64,000 nt of DNA, taken from NCBI GenBank assembly GCA_030656555.1, contig JAUSPN010000049.1:36625-100624 (forward strand). Direction: 5' to 3'. Each line of letters starts with the position of its first letter. Position 1 is the stretch's first letter. Positions 59,584-64,000 of this stretch are shown here, piece after piece. Source of the DNA: Candidatus Desulfaltia sp. (GTDB lineage Bacteria > Desulfobacterota > Desulfobacteria > Desulfobacterales > ETH-SRB1). The translations under genes and the position numbers were made by a program. Under the pieces are notes generated by a model, which made no database searches, was not told the origin of the DNA, and saw only the letters and a list, made by a program, of their open reading frames with translations.

Positions 59584-59650
59584 AAAAAAGGATTTAACTG
59601 TTCTGTTTTTGATGATACAAACTTATAAACTGAGAAGCGTACCGTAAGCC
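59584..59650 (+). repeat. 67-bp imperfect direct repeat, copy 2
   Basis: Counterpart of 57736-57802. Confidence 0.75.
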
Positions 59651-59659
59651 CCTGAATTA

Positions 59660-59890
59660 TTGCTCAAGCATAAAAATGTAAAAACGGCTTTAAAAGGAAA
59701 TATGTTTGCAGATCGATTTCGTGTTCAAAGAAAGAATGTGCCAGCAACAACTATTACTTCGCATATTTCTAAAGATGGGCACTATTTTATTCATCCAGTG
59801 CCTGAGCAATGCAGAAGTTTAACAGTTAGAGAAGCTGCAAGGCTGCAGACATTTCCTTTTATGGATTCTCTTAATAGCAGAACCATTTAA
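59660..59890 (+). pseudogene. Fragment of a DNA (cytosine-5) methyltransferase
   Basis: [16 protein letters not shown]...[15 protein letters not shown] (motif IX); lacks motifs I-VIII and X. Confidence 0.8.
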
Positions 59891-59908
59891 TATTGTTCGA
59901 GGCGATAT

Positions 59909-62900
59909 ATGGCATTAAAACTCGGGATATATGAGGAACTGATAAGCCACTCTCTGAAAAATGCAATTGAGGATACCAAGAATCAGAACCATGATGTGAC
60001 GACCAAAAAAGTAGACCCTGGCGAAAGTCACCAAATCATTACCCGGCATATGCAACGAATATTGGTCCGAGCTTTGGCTGATATAAACGCTGAAGATCAT
60101 ATAGCTCTCTATAATGATCTGTTGGAGATAATTCAAAAACATAATGCCAGATATAATAAATCCGACATGCTTTTATCGCCGGCAGAGCGTCTGCTTGGAG
60201 TACACGACCCGATGCTTCCAATCCATCCAAGGCCGGACACACCGCTTTCTTTCGGATGTCTGCTTACCGCCACATCATCTGACCCCAGCCTTGTATCCCA
60301 GTTGCAACAGGAAATGCTCAATGCAGACAGAGTTGATATTTTATGTTCGTTCATCAAATGGAGCGGAATTCGAATACTCAGGGATGAATTAGAAGAATTT
60401 ACCAGGCGAAAACATGCCCGCCTGAGGATCATCACAACATCATATCTGGGTGCCACGGATTTCAAAGCAATTGAATTCCTCCAAAGTTTGCCCAATACCC
60501 AACTGTGGGTTTCCTATGACACAAAGCGAACCAGGCTGCATGCCAAGGCATATATGTTTCATCGCAACAGTGGCTTTGGTACTGCCTATGTGGGGTCTTC
60601 TAATCTTTCCAACCCAGCGCTTACCAGTGGTCTGGAATGGAATGTCAAAATCAGCCAATACGAGTCAGAGCATCTGTGGAACAAAATTTGCGCCACATTT
60701 GAGACTTACCGGAATGATCGCGAGTTTGCTGTTTATGATAAGTCGCAAAAAGACCGCTTGAAACAGGCCTTGAATATGGAGCGTACAGCCAGAGATACTG
60801 AAGATAACGGGGGCATTATTTTATTTGATATAATTCCGTATCACTTTCAGCAAGAAATCTTGGATAAACTTGAGGCTGACCGAAAATTGCACAATCGATA
60901 TCGAAATTTGGTAGTTGCGGCTACTGGAACAGGCAAAACAGTTGTTGCAGCCTTTGATTATAAGCGATCAGTAAAGGAAAATAGGCAGGATAGGTTTCTC
61001 TTTGTGGCCCATCGCGAGGAAATACTAAAACAGAGCCGGGCCATCTTCCGCACGATATTGCGCAATCAGAATTTTGGTGAGCTTCTCGTGGGCAATCATG
61101 AGCCCGACCGTCTTGAACAACTTTTTGTTTCTATCCAGAGCTTCAACGCCAGACAGTTATGGGATATTATTCCGCCTGATTTTTATGATTTTATCATTGT
61201 GGATGAGTTTCACCATGCCGCCGCCGCAAGTTATCAACGACTGCTGAACCATTTTCGGCCCAAAATTTTATTAGGGCTTACTGCTACCCCTGAACGATCA
61301 GATGGCCTGGATATAGTAAAACATTTTGATAATCATATTACAGCCGAGATACGGCTGCCTGATGCAATAAACCGCAAGCTGCTTTGTCCGTTTCAATATT
61401 TCGGAATAACTGATGATACGTCGATTGATTTAAGGAACCTCACCTGGAGTAGAGGTGGCTATGATCAAAAAGAACTCGACAAGGTGTTTACCGGCAATGA
61501 TGCCAGGGCTCAGCTTGTTATCAAAAAGGTAAGGGAAACCTTGCTCGATGTACACCATGCCCGTGGCCTTTGTTTCTGTGTCAGTCAAAATCATGCCGCT
61601 TTTATGGCTAAAAGCTTCAATTATGCCAACATACCTGCTGACGTACTCACAGCAGAATCCTCTCGACTTGAACGTGATACTGCCCAGAAAAGGCTTGTTG
61701 AACGTAAGATAAACTTTATTTGTGTGGTGGATCTTTATAATGAAGGAATCGATATCCCTGAGATTGACACAGTGCTTTTTCTCCGACCTACTGAAAGTCT
61801 GATTGTATTTTTGCAACAATTGGGCCGTGGTTTGCGGCTTTATGATGATAAGGAATGCCTCACAGTACTCGATTTTGTGGGGCAGGCCCACCAGCGTTTT
61901 AACTATGAGCAGCGCTTTCGTGCGCTTACTGGCAGGACATCCCGCAGGATCAGTAAAGAGATCATCGAAGGCTTCCCGCATCTACCCTCGGGATGCGTGA
62001 TCAAGCTTGAAAAATATGCCCAGAAGTATGTTCTGGATAATATTAGGCAGAATCTCTTAAATATCACGAAGTCCAGGTTTGTTCAACGAATTGCAACCTT
62101 TCAAAATGATACGGGTTGTAAGCTTACGCTTCCTGCCTTTCTGGATTATTATGGACTTGGGCTATATGACGTTTATAAACGTGGTTCCTGGTCGAGACTT
62201 TGTGTCGAAGCAGGGGCTAAATCCGATTTTTTCGAACCCGATGAAAAACCTCTTAGCAAGGGGCTGCGCAGGATAATTCATTATGACTGTGCCCCTCAGC
62301 TTGAACGACTCTTGAATATTTTGAAAGGGGATTTGGAATCTATCAACAAACTGCAGCATGTTGAGGATGAGCGGCTACTGACCATGCTGACTCTGTCCAT
62401 CTGGGGGCAGAACCTGAGATTCAAAAGTCTATCAGAAGGATTTAATGCCCTACATAATAATCCAGTATTATATAATGAACTCCTGGAACTGTTGAAGTAC
62501 TTATATGAAAGGACAGATACGGTTGTCAATAGGCCAAAACTGCCTTTTGTTTGTCCGCTATATGTACATGCACGTTATACCCGCGATGAAATCCTATCCG
62601 CGCTGGGTCACTGGACAATCTCACGTCAGCCCAGCATGCGCGAGGGGGTAAAATATCTGCCCGCTATAAATACGGATCTGTTCCTTATCACCCTTAACAA
62701 GACCGATAAGGACTATTCCCCGACTACCATGTATGAAGATTATGCAATAAATGAGGATTTATTCCATTTGCAGTCTCAGAGCACGACCTCAGAAAAGTCG
62801 CCCACTGGCCAGCGCTACATCAATCATGAAATCCGCGGTAGCACTGTGCTGCTCTTTGTCCGGGAAGACAAAAAAATCAATAACCTGAGTATACCCTATT

Positions 62901-63025
62901 ATTTTTTGGGCCCGGCCACCTATGTTAGCCACGATGGTTCAATGCCCATGAGCATTATCTGGCGCTTGGAATATCCTATGCCTGGTAAATTGATCAGAAC
63001 GACTGAAAGACTCGCTATAGCTTAA
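59909..63025 (+). CDS. PLD nuclease-SF2 helicase-DUF3427 protein (SauUSI-like putative type IV restriction enzyme)
   Basis: RLHAKAY..GSSNLS..EWN (PLD); ATGTGKT, DEFHH, TATPER, QQLGRGLR; C-terminal TTMYEDYA..QSQS. Confidence 0.9.
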   Translation: MALKLGIYEELISHSLKNAIEDTKNQNHDVTTKKVDPGESHQIITRHMQRILVRALADINAEDHIALYNDLLEIIQKHNARYNKSDMLLSPAERLLGVHDPMLPIHPRPDTPLSFGCLLTATSSDPSLVSQLQQEMLNADRVDILCSFIKWSGIRILRDELEEFTRRKHARLRIITTSYLGATDFKAIEFLQSLPNTQLWVSYDTKRTRLHAKAYMFHRNSGFGTAYVGSSNLSNPALTSGLEWNVKISQYESEHLWNKICATFETYRNDREFAVYDKSQKDRLKQALNMERTARDTEDNGGIILFDIIPYHFQQEILDKLEADRKLHNRYRNLVVAATGTGKTVVAAFDYKRSVKENRQDRFLFVAHREEILKQSRAIFRTILRNQNFGELLVGNHEPDRLEQLFVSIQSFNARQLWDIIPPDFYDFIIVDEFHHAAAASYQRLLNHFRPKILLGLTATPERSDGLDIVKHFDNHITAEIRLPDAINRKLLCPFQYFGITDDTSIDLRNLTWSRGGYDQKELDKVFTGNDARAQLVIKKVRETLLDVHHARGLCFCVSQNHAAFMAKSFNYANIPADVLTAESSRLERDTAQKRLVERKINFICVVDLYNEGIDIPEIDTVLFLRPTESLIVFLQQLGRGLRLYDDKECLTVLDFVGQAHQRFNYEQRFRALTGRTSRRISKEIIEGFPHLPSGCVIKLEKYAQKYVLDNIRQNLLNITKSRFVQRIATFQNDTGCKLTLPAFLDYYGLGLYDVYKRGSWSRLCVEAGAKSDFFEPDEKPLSKGLRRIIHYDCAPQLERLLNILKGDLESINKLQHVEDERLLTMLTLSIWGQNLRFKSLSEGFNALHNNPVLYNELLELLKYLYERTDTVVNRPKLPFVCPLYVHARYTRDEILSALGHWTISRQPSMREGVKYLPAINTDLFLITLNKTDKDYSPTTMYEDYAINEDLFHLQSQSTTSEKSPTGQRYINHEIRGSTVLLFVREDKKINNLSIPYYFLGPATYVSHDGSMPMSIIWRLEYPMPGKLIRTTERLAIA

Positions 63026-63173
63026 AAGGTGGACTTAAGGGATGCTCTTCACTTTATAAATTTGGGAAAATAGGGATCGTCAATTGGATTATTGGTTTAT
63101 GATCTTCATCCTATACAACAATGGTAATGGTCATGAAATTATACGTTTCTTCTCAGATTTCAGGAACATCTAA

Positions 63174-63479
63174 ATGACCGGTGCTGTTGGACAAAAACGT
63201 GTGTCTGTAAGTTTTTTAATTGAAACAATTATGTCGCTTCCACCGATTAAAGAACAAGATCAGATCATTAGAGAAATTCAGGGGCGAATATCAACAATCG
63301 ATGTTGTTGATATTATGATTGATTTATCCCTAAAACATGCAGACCGCCTTCGCCAATCCATACTTAAAAAAGCTTTTTCCGGTAAACTCATTTGTTCTGT
63401 CAAAGATTACGAGCTTGATACTCCGTTGGAGCTACCTCTGGTCGTCGAAGCAGCCGCTGCTTATGGAACCAAGAGATGA
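63174..63479 (+). pseudogene. C-terminal fragment of type I RM specificity subunit HsdS
   Basis: MTGAVGQKRV, LPPIKEQDQII, LRQSILKKAFSGKL. Confidence 0.8.
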
Positions 63480-63545
63480 AAAATATAAAAAAAGCGCATG
63501 CTCCTTAGAGCCTGCGCTTAATGATACAAAGGTAAACAATAAACA

Positions 63546-63650
63546 ATGAGCCCGGCAGATATTGTACAAAAATTATAGAACTATTGTAACGTCCTGCGTG
63601 ATGACGGTATGAGTTATGGAGATTATGTGGAGAAATTGACGTATCTCTTA
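63546..63650 (+). pseudogene. N-terminal fragment of type I RM methyltransferase HsdM with W>stop
   Basis: MSPADIVQKL*NYCNVLRDDGMSYGDYVEKLTYLL. Confidence 0.8.
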
Positions 63651-63670
63651 AATTTAAGAGAGGTGATGCT

Positions 63671-64000
63671 TTGAAAAAAGGTGGACGTTATGATGTTTCT
63701 GGCTTAGTCGAAGCACAATATGAGCCAGGTTCTAACGATACGGTTCTTAGGAATCTTTTGGGAATTATTGATCTAGACGAAATGGGTCGAGTTGAGGCAA
63801 GGGGATTAGCTAAAGCAACAGATATATTAATTCGAAAATATGATCAGGAGCATCAGTTTAGCGAGGTAGATATTTGCCACTTTCATAAAACATGGCTGGG
63901 TAAAGCATATGAATGGGCCGGTAAATATCGCAACGTCAACATAACCAAAAATGATTTCACATTTGCAATGGCAGCTCAAACTCCTAAACTAATGAAACAA
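63671..64000 (+). CDS. Fic family protein (runs off the window)
   Basis: TTG start after GAGGTG; EPGS..VLRNLLGI, FHKTWLG..YEWAGKYRNVNITK. Confidence 0.8.
   Translation, partial: MKKGGRYDVSGLVEAQYEPGSNDTVLRNLLGIIDLDEMGRVEARGLAKATDILIRKYDQEHQFSEVDICHFHKTWLGKAYEWAGKYRNVNITKNDFTFAMAAQTPKLMKQ

Noticed and set aside
950-62529. Many short antisense or overlapping ORFs in the track (e.g. 4615-5073, 10248-10823, 17795-18262, 61430-61981)
   Set aside because: Shadow frames of well-supported genes, with no motifs or RBS.
63576-63578. TAG readthrough in hsdM
   Set aside because: Simple TGG>TAG change in a 35-codon fragment that is truncated anyway.
1-64000. tRNA, rRNA, tmRNA or riboswitch
   Set aside because: No cloverleaf or recognisable conserved RNA motif seen in the intergenic regions; an Rfam scan would be needed to exclude them.

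Overview
About 40% GC bacterial DNA; gene content suggests a sulfate-reducing Desulfobacterota (Desulfobacterales-like), which is an inference. 1-39.7 kb is mostly core genome: degP, a radical SAM fusion, rpmH-rnpA-yidD-yidC-jag-mnmE followed by a perfect parS site, an unannotated HesB-like selenoprotein, a nuoE/F/G-like plus nfnAB redox operon, adenine deaminase, hsp20 and a Liv-type ABC transporter with acyl-CoA ligases. 39.8-49.0 kb is a ~9 kb island between two 216-bp copies of the 3' end of an acyl-CoA dehydrogenase gene that differ almost only at synonymous sites. It carries a WYL regulator with a shared 20-bp motif, hipBA, a decayed integron with HNH and HEAT-repeat cassettes, and orphan genes. 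48.8-57.3 kb is a TetR-icmF-thiolase-hbd-XRE-ACAD fatty-acid cluster. 57.5-64 kb is a defence hotspot: DUF1016, ORF6N, an intact PLD-helicase-DUF3427 gene and Fic among fragments of a C5-MTase, HsdS and HsdM. Several families of short dispersed repeats occur throughout. All calls were made by eye, without database searches.
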